From NCBI GenBank assembly GCA_045651565.1, contig JAZRSP010000263.1:1-38192 (forward strand): a stretch of 38,192 nt of DNA, in the 5' to 3' direction. The position numbers and the translations under genes are program-made. The notes beneath the pieces were generated by a model that was not told where the DNA came from, searched no databases, and saw nothing but the letters and a program-made list of their open reading frames with translations. Positions 1-8,630 of the stretch are shown one piece after another; the first letter of the stretch is position 1; each line of letters starts with the position of its first letter. The DNA is from Victivallaceae bacterium. GTDB lineage: Bacteria > Verrucomicrobiota > Lentisphaeria > Victivallales > Victivallaceae.

Positions 1-592
1 GATTGTCTTCGGGAGCATTGGCGAAAACCACCAACTTGGCACAACCGATTGAATTTCTATCACGGGTCAAGTAGGCAGTTTCCTTAATGATTTCGCCCAT
101 TTCGGCGATAGCATCCATATTGATTCCGGCTTTGGTCGAAGCGACATTGACGGACGAACAGACTTTTTGAGTTACCGCCAATGCTTCGGGGATAGACTTA
201 ATCAGAGTCCGAGAACCATTGGAAAAACCCTTCTGCACCAAAGCACTGTATCCGCCGATAAAATTCACACCCAAATTTTCCGCCGCTCTATCCAAAGTTT
301 GTGCGATTTTAACCGCACCTGACGGAGTTAAATTTCCGCAAAGCAGCGCAACCGGAGTTACTGCCACACGCTTATTGATAATCGGGATACCGTATTTTTT
401 TTCAATAGCCTCGGCGGTGGGAACGAGTTTTTCGGCAGAATGCATAATTTTGTCGTACACATTGGCAATCAAACGCTCTTCGCTGTCGCTCTGACAATCA
501 TAAAGAGAAATTCCCATTGTTACGGTACGAATATCCAAACACTCCTCATGAATCATATTGAGAGTTTCTAAAATATCTTGAATAGCAACCAT
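1..592 (-). CDS. UPF0210 (DUF711) family protein, N-terminal part only; gene continues past the left edge of the window
   Basis: My own minus-strand translation from the ATG at plus 590-592 gives [41 protein letters not shown]...[13 protein letters not shown]...[13 protein letters not shown]. It is open to position 1 and is absent from the ORF track because no stop lies in the window. It starts 18 nt downstream of a UPF0237 ACT gene, its usual partner. Confidence 0.75.
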   Translation of the reverse strand, partial: MVAIQDILETLNMIHEECLDIRTVTMGISLYDCQSDSEERLIANVYDKIMHSAEKLVPTAEAIEKKYGIPIINKRVAVTPVALLCGNLTPSGAVKIAQTLDRAAENLGVNFIGGYSALVQKGFSNGSRTLIKSIPEALAVTQKVCSSVNVASTKAGINMDAIAEMGEIIKETAYLTRDRNSIGCAKLVVFANAPEDN

Positions 593-610
593 AATTTTTT
601 TCGCTTTCTC

Positions 611-880
611 TTAAATTTTGTGCATTGCATTAAAAATGTCTTCGTGCATGACATGGACCTGCAATCCGTCTGCTTTTCCGATACTCTCCATTTTGTCAAT
701 GAAAACATTAAACTCGACATTCAACTTGGCGACATCAACAATCATAATCATTGTAAAGTATTCATCTAAAACGGTTTGTGAAATATCAAGGATATTTGCG
801 CCATACTCAGAGCAACCGCCTGAAATTTTAGCGATAATCCCGACACTGTCTTTGCCCAAAACTGAAATAACTGCTTTCAT
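611..880 (-). CDS. ACT domain-containing protein (UPF0237 family)
   Basis: 89 aa, single ACT-fold size. N-terminus is MKAVISVLGKDSVGIIAKISG. ATG start with AAGGAG 8 nt upstream. Followed by a UPF0210 gene. Confidence 0.8.
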   Translation of the reverse strand: MKAVISVLGKDSVGIIAKISGGCSEYGANILDISQTVLDEYFTMIMIVDVAKLNVEFNVFIDKMESIGKADGLQVHVMHEDIFNAMHKI

Positions 881-979
881 TTATAAATCTCCTTCGTAAA
901 GTTCTATTTGTAAAATTTTTCTCTCATAATATAGCCCGATTTGCCGAAAAAACAAGTAAAAAATCAAGATTTCAGCAAC

Positions 980-1525
980 TTATGAAACAATATATTTTTT
1001 GACCGCATCAAGTAAATTTTCAGCAATCGGGAGTTGCGAACAATCATTTTCAGCGAGAGTATTTCTGCCGAATCCGCTTAAAACAAGAATCGATTTTGCG
1101 CAACCGGCGGCAATCCCGGCTTGAATATCGGTAATCCTATCCCCGATCATGTAAGATTTGCTCAAATCAATATTGAAATCTTCCGCACCTTGGAGAATCA
1201 TCCCAGGTTTCGGCTTTCTGCAATCACATTCTCCCGTAAAATCAGGATGGTGACAGCAATAGTAAAAACGATCAATTTTCACTCCGTTCAGAGCGAAAAT
1301 TTCTGCCATTTTCTCATGAATTCTCTCCACATCCTCGCAAGAAAAAAAGCCCTTTGCAACTCCTGCCTGATTCGTTACAACCAAAAGTTTAAACCCTTCT
1401 CTCTGCAAAATTTGCAATGCTTCAATTACGCCATTTTCCAATACCAATTTATCAACTTCATGCAAATAATCAACTTCGACATTCAGCACTCCGTCACGGT
1501 CTAAAAAACACGCCTTATTTTTCAC
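980..1525 (-). CDS. gmhB: D-glycero-beta-D-manno-heptose 1,7-bisphosphate 7-phosphatase (HAD-IIIA)
   Basis: HAD motifs FLDRDGVLN, VVTNQ and GDRITD, plus the GmhB zinc loop CCHHPDFTGECDCRKPKPGM. GTG start (plus cac 1523-1525) preceded by GGAGG. Confidence 0.8.
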   Translation of the reverse strand: MKNKACFLDRDGVLNVEVDYLHEVDKLVLENGVIEALQILQREGFKLLVVTNQAGVAKGFFSCEDVERIHEKMAEIFALNGVKIDRFYYCCHHPDFTGECDCRKPKPGMILQGAEDFNIDLSKSYMIGDRITDIQAGIAAGCAKSILVLSGFGRNTLAENDCSQLPIAENLLDAVKKYIVS

Positions 1526-1582
1526 CCTGAGCCTCCATAATGAAAAAATGCAAAAAAACTTAATATTTTCGACTTAAAATAC

Positions 1583-1611
1583 TTGATATTTTCGAATATG
1601 CAAGCTATATT
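1583..1611 (+). promoter_or_regulatory. Candidate sigma70-type promoter for the leuA leader
   Basis: TTGATA (1583-1588), 17-nt spacer, TATATT (1606-1611), in the divergent gmhB/leuA intergenic region. Confidence 0.4.
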
Positions 1612-1640
1612 ATTCAAAAAGTTTAAGGAATTTTACAAAA

Positions 1641-1756
1641 ATGACTATTTTTTATAAAAAATATTTAAATTATCGATTGTTTATCACCGAACTATTGTTG
1701 CACAAGCGACTTAGTTCGCGGATAGCTTTTTTGTGTTTTTAGTCAAAGCTATTCGC
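1641..1756 (+). promoter_or_regulatory. Candidate Leu-rich leader peptide ORF (1641-1742, 33 codons) with overlapping hairpins; possible attenuator of leuA
   Basis: AAGGAA at 1624-1629, then ATG 1641. Peptide MTIFYKKYLNYRLFITELLLHKRLSSRIAFLCF has 7 Leu, three of them consecutive (CTA TTG TTG, 1692-1700). Stem 1688-1694/1712-1718 is 7 bp. Stem 1718-1729/1745-1756 is 12 bp including one G.U. Confidence 0.3.
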
Positions 1757-1824
1757 CAAAAATATTTTTTATTTACTCACTAACTTAAACTGAATGAAAT
1801 TTTAAAACAAAAGGATTTTTTAAT

Positions 1825-3510
1825 ATGAACAACTTTCCAAAATACAAACCGATGCCCAAAGTGCCGATTGTAAACCGCACTTGGCCGGATAAAGAGATAA
1901 CTTGCGCACCGACTTGGACTTCGGTTGACTTACGCGACGGAAACCAATCACTCCCGATTCCGATGAATCCGGAGAAAAAGTTGGCTTACTTCAAAATGCT
2001 GCTCGAAATCGGCTTCAAAGAAATCGAAGTCGGTTTTCCCTCTGCATCACAGGATGATTATGATTTCGTCCGCAAACTCATTGAGGAGAACTTAATCCCC
2101 GATGATGTAAAAATTTCTGTTTTAACCCAGGCTCGTGAACACTTGATTGCCAAAACAGTTGAGTCATTGAAGGGCGTTAAACAGGCGATTATCCACTGCT
2201 ATGTAGCAAGCAGCGACCTGCACGGTCAATTTGTCTTTAACCACAACCGTGAAGAGGTTGAAGTCATGGCAATTGAGGGAACTCAAATGGTCAAAAAAAT
2301 GATCGCCGAAGCAGGAATGACCGACATTATCAGTTATGAATTCTCTCCCGAAGAGTTTACCGACAGCGATTTAGACTTCACCATTGAACTCTGCAAAAAG
2401 GTCAAAGAAGTCTGGGGTCCTGCAAAAAAAGAAGATTTTATCCTGAATTTACCGGCGACCGTGGAAAGACGATCGCCTAACCAGTACGCTGATATGATTG
2501 AATACTTTATTCAAAAATACCCCTATATGGACGAAACTTCTATAAGCCTCCACGCTCACAACGATCAAGGTTGTGCCGTTGCTGCAACTGAACTTGCTTT
2601 GTTGGCAGGCGCAAACCGTGTTGAAGGAACTATTTTTGGTCATGGCGAAAGAACCGGAAATTTAGACATCATGGTTTTAGCGATGAATTTATTTTCAAGA
2701 GGTATCGAAACCGGCTTGAACTTTTCAAACTTAGACCACATCGTAAGTGTAGTTGAGGAGTGTTCAGGTATTGATGTGCATGTCCGCCACCCCTATGCAG
2801 GACAGTTGGTATTTACCGCTTTCTCCGGTTCCCATCAGGACGCTATCCGCAAAGGTATGGATAGAAGCGGCGAAATTCAACAGTTCTTCGGTCAGGGCTG
2901 GAAAATGCCTTATCTCCATATTGACCCCGCAGATGTCGGCCGCCAGTATGAGAAACTGATTCGTATCAACAGCCAGTCAGGCAAAGGCGGTATCGTCTAT
3001 ATCCTGGAAAAAGAATTCGGTATCTACCCGCCCAAAGTTATGCACCCTGAAATCGGTCAGGTTGTTCAGAAGTACATCGACAAACAGGGCGGTGAAATTG
3101 ATAGTACCGGTCTGCGCCGAATTTTCGATGAAAACTTCGTAAATGTCGTCGGACCTTATAATTACAGCAACTACACCCGTGACATTTTGGAGCAACACGG
3201 TGATTCTATCGGCGTAAGTTTCACTTGGATCAACGGCGAAAAGCAAATCGACTTAAAAGGTGTCGGCAATGGACCGATCTCTGCGGTTTACAATGCTTTG
3301 ACCCAAGATAAGCTGTTGCCTGAATTTTCTCTCGAAGACTTTTCAGAGCGTTCTCTCGGTAACGATGCAGATGCGAAAGCAATCGCCTTTGTCGGTATCC
3401 GTCTGAAAGGCGAAAAGCGATTGATTCACGGTGTCGGTATCCACTCAAATATCGACAGAGCGGCGATTGCGGCACTTATCAGTGCTTTGAATAGAGCAAT
3501 AAAAAAATAA
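1825..3510 (+). CDS. leuA: 2-isopropylmalate synthase (long form, about 560 aa)
   Basis: WPDKEIT..APTWTSVDLRDGNQS N-terminus, HAHNDQGCAVA metal site, GERTGN, and a C-terminal LeuA regulatory domain. ATG at 1825. Confidence 0.9.
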   Translation: MNNFPKYKPMPKVPIVNRTWPDKEITCAPTWTSVDLRDGNQSLPIPMNPEKKLAYFKMLLEIGFKEIEVGFPSASQDDYDFVRKLIEENLIPDDVKISVLTQAREHLIAKTVESLKGVKQAIIHCYVASSDLHGQFVFNHNREEVEVMAIEGTQMVKKMIAEAGMTDIISYEFSPEEFTDSDLDFTIELCKKVKEVWGPAKKEDFILNLPATVERRSPNQYADMIEYFIQKYPYMDETSISLHAHNDQGCAVAATELALLAGANRVEGTIFGHGERTGNLDIMVLAMNLFSRGIETGLNFSNLDHIVSVVEECSGIDVHVRHPYAGQLVFTAFSGSHQDAIRKGMDRSGEIQQFFGQGWKMPYLHIDPADVGRQYEKLIRINSQSGKGGIVYILEKEFGIYPPKVMHPEIGQVVQKYIDKQGGEIDSTGLRRIFDENFVNVVGPYNYSNYTRDILEQHGDSIGVSFTWINGEKQIDLKGVGNGPISAVYNALTQDKLLPEFSLEDFSERSLGNDADAKAIAFVGIRLKGEKRLIHGVGIHSNIDRAAIAALISALNRAIKK

Positions 3511-3522
3511 CGAAAGTAAAAA

Positions 3523-3687
3523 ATGACAGATCACAAGAAAAATAATTTAAAATTCTTTTTCCTTTTGGTAATTGCGGTAATTATTATTCACATAATAGTT
3601 ATCAAGGTGTTTGTTATCGGCAATAGTGACGAAGGTAATACCCCAATCGATGTACCGAAAGATTTGAGCGTCGAACCAGAGTTATAA
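3523..3687 (+). CDS. Small single-pass membrane protein (54 aa), hypothetical
   Basis: My translation is MTDHKKNNLKFFFLLVIAVIIIHIIVIKVFVIGNSDEGNTPIDVPKDLSVEPEL. It has a basic N-terminus, one hydrophobic helix and an acidic tail. The stop lies 3 nt before the next gene's ATG. It is below the ORF-track size cut-off, and the RBS (GAAAG) is weak. Confidence 0.4.
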   Translation: MTDHKKNNLKFFFLLVIAVIIIHIIVIKVFVIGNSDEGNTPIDVPKDLSVEPEL

Positions 3688-3690
3688 TTT

Positions 3691-4707
3691 ATGCAAAACA
3701 TTGATTACATAAAACGAGCAAGATTGCAATTATTGGGGGTCATCTCCATAATTGCAGTCTTTGCTATTATTCTAACAGTAAAAATCTGCAATCTCGCACC
3801 GGTAAGCAAAGCAGAAAAAGCGGAAAAGCCACTTGTAAGTACCCCTCCTTTTCTCGAACCGAGATTTTTGCATGACTCGGAAATTACTCCTTTTATCGAT
3901 AAGTTGAACTGGAACAAAACCGTTTACAACAATCTCCCTGGTGTACGAGTTGCCGAATACCCCAGAGCAGGAATTTTGATCGACTTAAACACCAACGAAG
4001 TCCTTTGGGCTAAAAATCCGAACACCAAACTCCCAATCGCCTCTATGAGCAAAATTATGACTATCCTGCTCGTGCTTGAAGAGATTAAGTCGGGAGATAA
4101 AGGCATCACTCTCAACTCACAGGTCAAAGCAAGCCGCCGCTGCGCCGCCATAACAACCGGTGCTATGGGACTTGTCCCGAATAAAATCTATAAACTTGAA
4201 GAACTCCTGCAAGCAGCGACAATCCGCAGTGCCAATGATGCCGCCGCACAATCAGGCGAATTTATTGCCGATTATTCATTAGAGAATTTTATCACTATGA
4301 TGAACCAAAAAGCAATGCAATTAAAAATGCAGAACACACATTTTATCAATCCCCACGGACTCCCCGAAGGCAAAAAAGACAATATCAGCAGTGTACTTGA
4401 TGTCGCAATTATGGCAAATGAGATTCTGCGCTACCCGGAATACATGAAATGGGCAAAAACTTATCAGACTTTTGCCGTAAATAATACCAAAGAATTGACC
4501 AATACCAATAACTTGGTGCGAAAACGCAAAACCCCCGGCGTGGACGGTCTTAAAACCGGTTACACTATCCGTGCAGGTTTCTGTTTGGCATTCAGCTGCA
4601 TGAGAGACGGCCGCAGAATGCTCGGAGTTGTTACCGGGTTCAAAAGTGCGAGAGAGCGGGATAATTTCGCCGAAAAACTTTTGGATTGGGGCTACAATCA
4701 AAAATAA
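3691..4707 (+). CDS. D-alanyl-D-alanine carboxypeptidase (peptidase S11, PBP5/6-like)
   Basis: N-terminal TM/signal anchor. Motifs SxxK (ASMSKIMT), SxN (RSANDAA) and KTG (LKTGYT) appear in the correct order and spacing. Confidence 0.85.
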   Translation: MQNIDYIKRARLQLLGVISIIAVFAIILTVKICNLAPVSKAEKAEKPLVSTPPFLEPRFLHDSEITPFIDKLNWNKTVYNNLPGVRVAEYPRAGILIDLNTNEVLWAKNPNTKLPIASMSKIMTILLVLEEIKSGDKGITLNSQVKASRRCAAITTGAMGLVPNKIYKLEELLQAATIRSANDAAAQSGEFIADYSLENFITMMNQKAMQLKMQNTHFINPHGLPEGKKDNISSVLDVAIMANEILRYPEYMKWAKTYQTFAVNNTKELTNTNNLVRKRKTPGVDGLKTGYTIRAGFCLAFSCMRDGRRMLGVVTGFKSARERDNFAEKLLDWGYNQK

Positions 4708-4733
4708 CTTTTTCAAAAAAATCAGGTTAAATT

Positions 4734-5825
4734 ATGTTTGACGAAAATAAAATTATCAGCAAAAAATTTGAGTGCATTCTGCAAGACAGCGCAAGTGATT
4801 TTCTCCATTTTTCATACAATGACGGCACAGAAATTACCTTAAAAAACTTCATGTGCAACAATTTCAATGAAGACGGAGCAATTTTGCAGAAACTCAAAGT
4901 CCATTCAAGTCTGGACAACTTCTCTGCTTCGGCAGAACTTTTTCAAACCATTCCTTTCGGAAGCGAATTTGAAGTGAAACGCAACTTCGACTTTACTGAC
5001 AGTTTTGCCAGAATTATTGTCGATGTCAACCCCGGTATCGGCGCAATTGAAAAACTCAATTTGGAAGATTTTGAAATTACCGGAAACTTTACCGATTTAA
5101 AACTTTTTATCCTGAAAGATGGCAAAATTGAACTCAAAAAATTTGATTTAAATAGCGAAAATCAAATTTTTCACGATAATAACGAATTAATTCTGGCATT
5201 CAATGTAAGTGCTGAATCCGGCAATATTTTTGAATGCGGTTCAGGCAACGACCTCTGGCGTCATAATTCCGCAGTGAATTTTGAGAATTGCCAATCTCGT
5301 TTTACCCTCACAGGCAATCAAAATCGGATAACTTTTTCACGGCAGATTCTGAACTTCTCCGAAGCCGAATTTGCTCCTAAAAAACGCTCTTGGCGTTTAA
5401 AATACTATTTTGCTTATTTGGATGCAGAAAAAAACGCAAGCAATTCCTCTTTCCGCAAGGTCAATATTCAGGAACTTGTCGGCAAAGAGTTTGACCATGT
5501 AAATTCTTTCGCTTCAACTCCCTGCCTTGCGGCACCGCTTTGTCGAAGAAGCATCCGCAATTTTTTGCGTAAAGCAAATGAAAATATCGAACTTGAAGCA
5601 ACACTGGCACTCTGCGACGACCCAGCGCACTTGGAACGCAATAATAGCGACAAAATCCTGCACTGGGCGATTGATGACTTTTTTGAATTATCGCTCTGGG
5701 CAAATAAACAGTTAAGTAAAAAAAATTACGCATTCCGATTTGTCCTGCAAAACGACATGCTTGCTGACTTAATCGCTATGCGCTCGCTTGCCAAAGAATT
5801 AGAAAACTCTATAGAAACGGAATAA
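4734..5825 (+). CDS. Hypothetical protein, 363 aa, no recognisable family
   Basis: Long ORF with ATG start, 26 nt after the carboxypeptidase gene and 3 nt before the epimerase gene. No signal peptide or TM segment is visible. Confidence 0.6.
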   Translation: MFDENKIISKKFECILQDSASDFLHFSYNDGTEITLKNFMCNNFNEDGAILQKLKVHSSLDNFSASAELFQTIPFGSEFEVKRNFDFTDSFARIIVDVNPGIGAIEKLNLEDFEITGNFTDLKLFILKDGKIELKKFDLNSENQIFHDNNELILAFNVSAESGNIFECGSGNDLWRHNSAVNFENCQSRFTLTGNQNRITFSRQILNFSEAEFAPKKRSWRLKYYFAYLDAEKNASNSSFRKVNIQELVGKEFDHVNSFASTPCLAAPLCRRSIRNFLRKANENIELEATLALCDDPAHLERNNSDKILHWAIDDFFELSLWANKQLSKKNYAFRFVLQNDMLADLIAMRSLAKELENSIETE

Positions 5826-5828
5826 AAA

Positions 5829-6686
5829 ATGGCTATTACATCTAAAAAAATCAAAATCGAATCTGCCGATAACGGCATGAATTTTTTTTATGTTACTACT
5901 AAACACTCAACCTGTAAATTTACCGACTACGGCGCGCAGGTTTTAGCTTTCAAAGTTGGCGGAGATGAACTCCTCTGGGTAAGCGAAAAAAGTTATTTTG
6001 AGCCGCCCAAAGCAATCCGAGGCGGTATTCCCGTCTGCTGGCCCTACTTCGGCGCACCGAAAACTGCCGGGGATGTTGCCCACGGATACGCCAGAATCAA
6101 TCAATGGGATATTACAGAAATCTCCGATATTGATAATGACAAGGTAAAAATTGTTATGACTTTGGACTCAAAAAAACTTCCCGATTGGTGCAATTTTCTG
6201 ATGCTTTCATTGGAAATTGTCGTCGGGGAAACCTTGCAGATGAATTTAAAAACCGTCAATAACGGCAACAAAGATTTTGAATTAAGTCAGGCACTCCACA
6301 CTTACTTCAATGTCAGCAATATTGCAGATATTGAAATCAGCGGCTTGGAAGATACTGAATACTTTGACGCTTTGGCAAATACAACCGTCCGTCAAAACGG
6401 CGTAATTACCTTTAATTCCGAAGTTGACCGCGTTTACTTGGATACCGACAAAACTTGTACTTTGATTGACCGCAACCGCAATTATCAAGTACAGATTAAA
6501 AAATCAGGCAGTCAATCAACTGTCGTTTGGAATCCCTGGATTGACAAATCCAAACGCATGGCAGACTTCGGCGATGATGAATATTTGTCAATGGTCTGTA
6601 TCGAAACTGTAAATGCTAAACGTGACTCACGAATCCTGAAAAGCGGCGAAAGCCACACCTTACATTTGGAGATTGCTAAAAAATGA
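5829..6686 (+). CDS. D-hexose-6-phosphate mutarotase (glucose-6-phosphate 1-epimerase, YeaD-like aldose-1-epimerase family)
   Basis: RGGIPVCWPYFG motif, ALHTYF and VVWNPW blocks. About 285 aa, typical of the family. Confidence 0.8.
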   Translation: MAITSKKIKIESADNGMNFFYVTTKHSTCKFTDYGAQVLAFKVGGDELLWVSEKSYFEPPKAIRGGIPVCWPYFGAPKTAGDVAHGYARINQWDITEISDIDNDKVKIVMTLDSKKLPDWCNFLMLSLEIVVGETLQMNLKTVNNGNKDFELSQALHTYFNVSNIADIEISGLEDTEYFDALANTTVRQNGVITFNSEVDRVYLDTDKTCTLIDRNRNYQVQIKKSGSQSTVVWNPWIDKSKRMADFGDDEYLSMVCIETVNAKRDSRILKSGESHTLHLEIAKK

Positions 6687-7027
6687 ATATGACCATTGTA
6701 AAAACAGTATCACTTCTGCTTTGTGCAAATGTTTTCATGACCTTTGCGTGGTATTCGCATTTGAAAAATCTCTCTGCCAAACCGCTTTATATTGCGATTT
6801 TGGCAAGTTGGGGGATTGCGTTTTTTGAATATTTACTGCAAGTTCCTGCTAATAGAATCGGTCATGAAGAATTATCGATTGCTCAATTAAAAATTATTCA
6901 AGAGGTAATTACTCTCACCGTATTTTTCTTCTATGCGGTATTCTATGCGAAAGAACAACTTACATGGAACTATTTTTTTGCCGGCTTGTGCATGCTTGCA
7001 GCGGTATTTTTCATGTTCAGGAAATAG
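6683..7027 (+). CDS. DMT-superfamily small membrane protein (DUF486)
   Basis: 114 aa with four hydrophobic helices and an FAWYSHLK motif. ATGA overlap with the upstream stop. Confidence 0.75.
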   Translation: MNMTIVKTVSLLLCANVFMTFAWYSHLKNLSAKPLYIAILASWGIAFFEYLLQVPANRIGHEELSIAQLKIIQEVITLTVFFFYAVFYAKEQLTWNYFFAGLCMLAAVFFMFRK

Positions 7028-7994
7028 GTTTTTCCACCTTGACATTGGCACTGTAAAATTCTCCACGCTCACAGCGTTCAGAATTTACCAATCCTGCCTG
7101 CAAAAGCCCCTGCAATGCCGAATTAAGCATTTTCGCATCACAATTTGTTGCCAAAATCAAATCTGCCATAGTTGCCGGGCGACGGCGAATTAAGTTAATA
7201 ATATTCTGCTGCAAGTTTGTCATCTCAATTGAACTGCACAAACTGACGCTTTTGTACTTAAAAGGTCCTACTGCTTCCACCGGCACAAACTTTTCCAGAG
7301 CCTCAATGAAACGCATAGTATTCTCTTTATTTGACGGCTTCACCCAATCACAAGTACCGGGACGATCGAGTGAATTAAGCTGAACTTTTTCAACTTTCAT
7401 CTGCTTGATAATCTGGCAAAAACGCTCAATTGATTCGTCACTGTCATTGATTGTGGGAACAATAAAAAGTTCCAAAATAATTCGTGCAGATGCAATCTGG
7501 GTATAGGAAATCAAATTTTTCACAAAATCATCAAATTTAAGCGTTGAAACCGGTCGATTGATTTTCTGAAATTCCTCATCATTCGAGGCATCAAGTGAGG
7601 GGATACACAAATCCACATCACGGATTTCATCTAATAACTCTTTATCGCCAAAGCCGAGCGCATTGGTCAATAAACAAAGTTTAAATTGCGGATATTCGTC
7701 TTTAATAAAACGGACAATTTTGCCGATTTCGCTATTCAAAGTCGGCTCGCCTGCCCCGGAAAAAGTAATATAATCAAACTTGACACTATCATCGGCAAAA
7801 ACTTCTTTAAGTTCCGCAATCACATCTTCTGCTTTGACAAAAGCACGACGCTCCAAACTCAAATTTGTGGTTGCACCTGCCTCACAATAAACACAATCAA
7901 GCGAACAGTATTTTTTCGGCACCAAATCTATCCCAAGCGACAAACCCAATCTGCGTGATGCCACAACTCCGAAAACATAGTTATATTTTTTCAT
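7017..7994 (-). CDS. Radical SAM protein with putative C-terminal winged-helix domain
   Basis: CSLDCVYC (CxxxCxxC) near the N-terminus, FGVVASRRLGLSLGI lead-in and a GAGEPTL SAM-binding block. I place the start at ATG 7994 (GGAGAG upstream, 4 nt after the previous stop). The ORF-track start at 8024 is a TTG that overlaps the upstream gene. Confidence 0.75.
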   Translation of the reverse strand: MKKYNYVFGVVASRRLGLSLGIDLVPKKYCSLDCVYCEAGATTNLSLERRAFVKAEDVIAELKEVFADDSVKFDYITFSGAGEPTLNSEIGKIVRFIKDEYPQFKLCLLTNALGFGDKELLDEIRDVDLCIPSLDASNDEEFQKINRPVSTLKFDDFVKNLISYTQIASARIILELFIVPTINDSDESIERFCQIIKQMKVEKVQLNSLDRPGTCDWVKPSNKENTMRFIEALEKFVPVEAVGPFKYKSVSLCSSIEMTNLQQNIINLIRRRPATMADLILATNCDAKMLNSALQGLLQAGLVNSERCERGEFYSANVKVEKPIS

Positions 7995-7998
7995 AGTA

Positions 7999-8604
7999 TC
8001 AATCACTCTCCGTCGAATCACCAATGGTAAATTGCACCACCACTATCAGCACAAAACAAAGCACAAAAGCCACCAATGCCCCATTAGAGATCGACAAAAA
8101 ACGGCTATCAAAACCGTCAGCAAGAAATTCTCCATTATTGCTATTGCTTAATGGTAAACTCATTCTCCCGTCAGTCACATAAAATCTCTCTAAAAAGTTA
8201 TCGTCAAAAATTTTAACCACCGGCAAAGCAAGCAGCATTCCCAGAATAGCCCAAATCGTATATAATCTCCCCGTTATCAGATTCGCCGCAGCCGAAATCG
8301 GAGTAAATCCGCAGATAACTAACCCGATTCCGCTGATAATTCCACCGACTATCGATGCCCAGAGGTAACTGATATTCACATGAATATTCACCAAACCGTT
8401 ACGCTCGGCAAAGTAAAAACACATCGCTCCGCAACCTAAAACAAAGAGTACTGTTTTTATCAATCGACCGTCTTTCAATGTCAATATATCATGCACGCTT
8501 TTACGCCAAATCAGATCTGACTTCATCAATGCAAATCCGAAAATAAATCCGACAAAAACTGCCGCTGCCATTTCAGCATTTGAACTTAAATTAAGTGGTT
8601 CCAT
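7999..8604 (-). CDS. YeeE/YedE-family (sulfur-transport-like) membrane protein, second half-size subunit
   Basis: 201 aa, polytopic. FALMKSDLIW and GGIISGIGLVICGFTP blocks resemble the half-size YeeE/YedE proteins. ATG start with GGAGGAAAAAG upstream. Confidence 0.6.
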   Translation of the reverse strand: MEPLNLSSNAEMAAAVFVGFIFGFALMKSDLIWRKSVHDILTLKDGRLIKTVLFVLGCGAMCFYFAERNGLVNIHVNISYLWASIVGGIISGIGLVICGFTPISAAANLITGRLYTIWAILGMLLALPVVKIFDDNFLERFYVTDGRMSLPLSNSNNGEFLADGFDSRFLSISNGALVAFVLCFVLIVVVQFTIGDSTESD

Positions 8605-8630
8605 AACTTTTTCCTCCTACGATATTCGGC

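Noticed and set aside
1121-1504. 127-aa plus-strand ORF, and similar ORFs at 219-494, 578-769 and 618-899
   Set aside because: They are antisense to gmhB, the UPF0210 gene and the ACT gene, all of which have clear family motifs.
1526-1824. T-box riboswitch upstream of leuA
   Set aside because: I found no T-box consensus or specifier-loop architecture. A leader-peptide model fits better and is itself only tentative.
7995-8024. TTG-extended N-termini in the ORF track (also 15220-15234 nifS, 21131-21148 uxaC, 23812-23850 uxaB)
   Set aside because: Each extension starts at a TTG, overlaps the upstream gene or lacks an RBS, and adds residues not seen at the N-termini of homologues. An ATG with a purine-rich RBS lies just downstream in every case.
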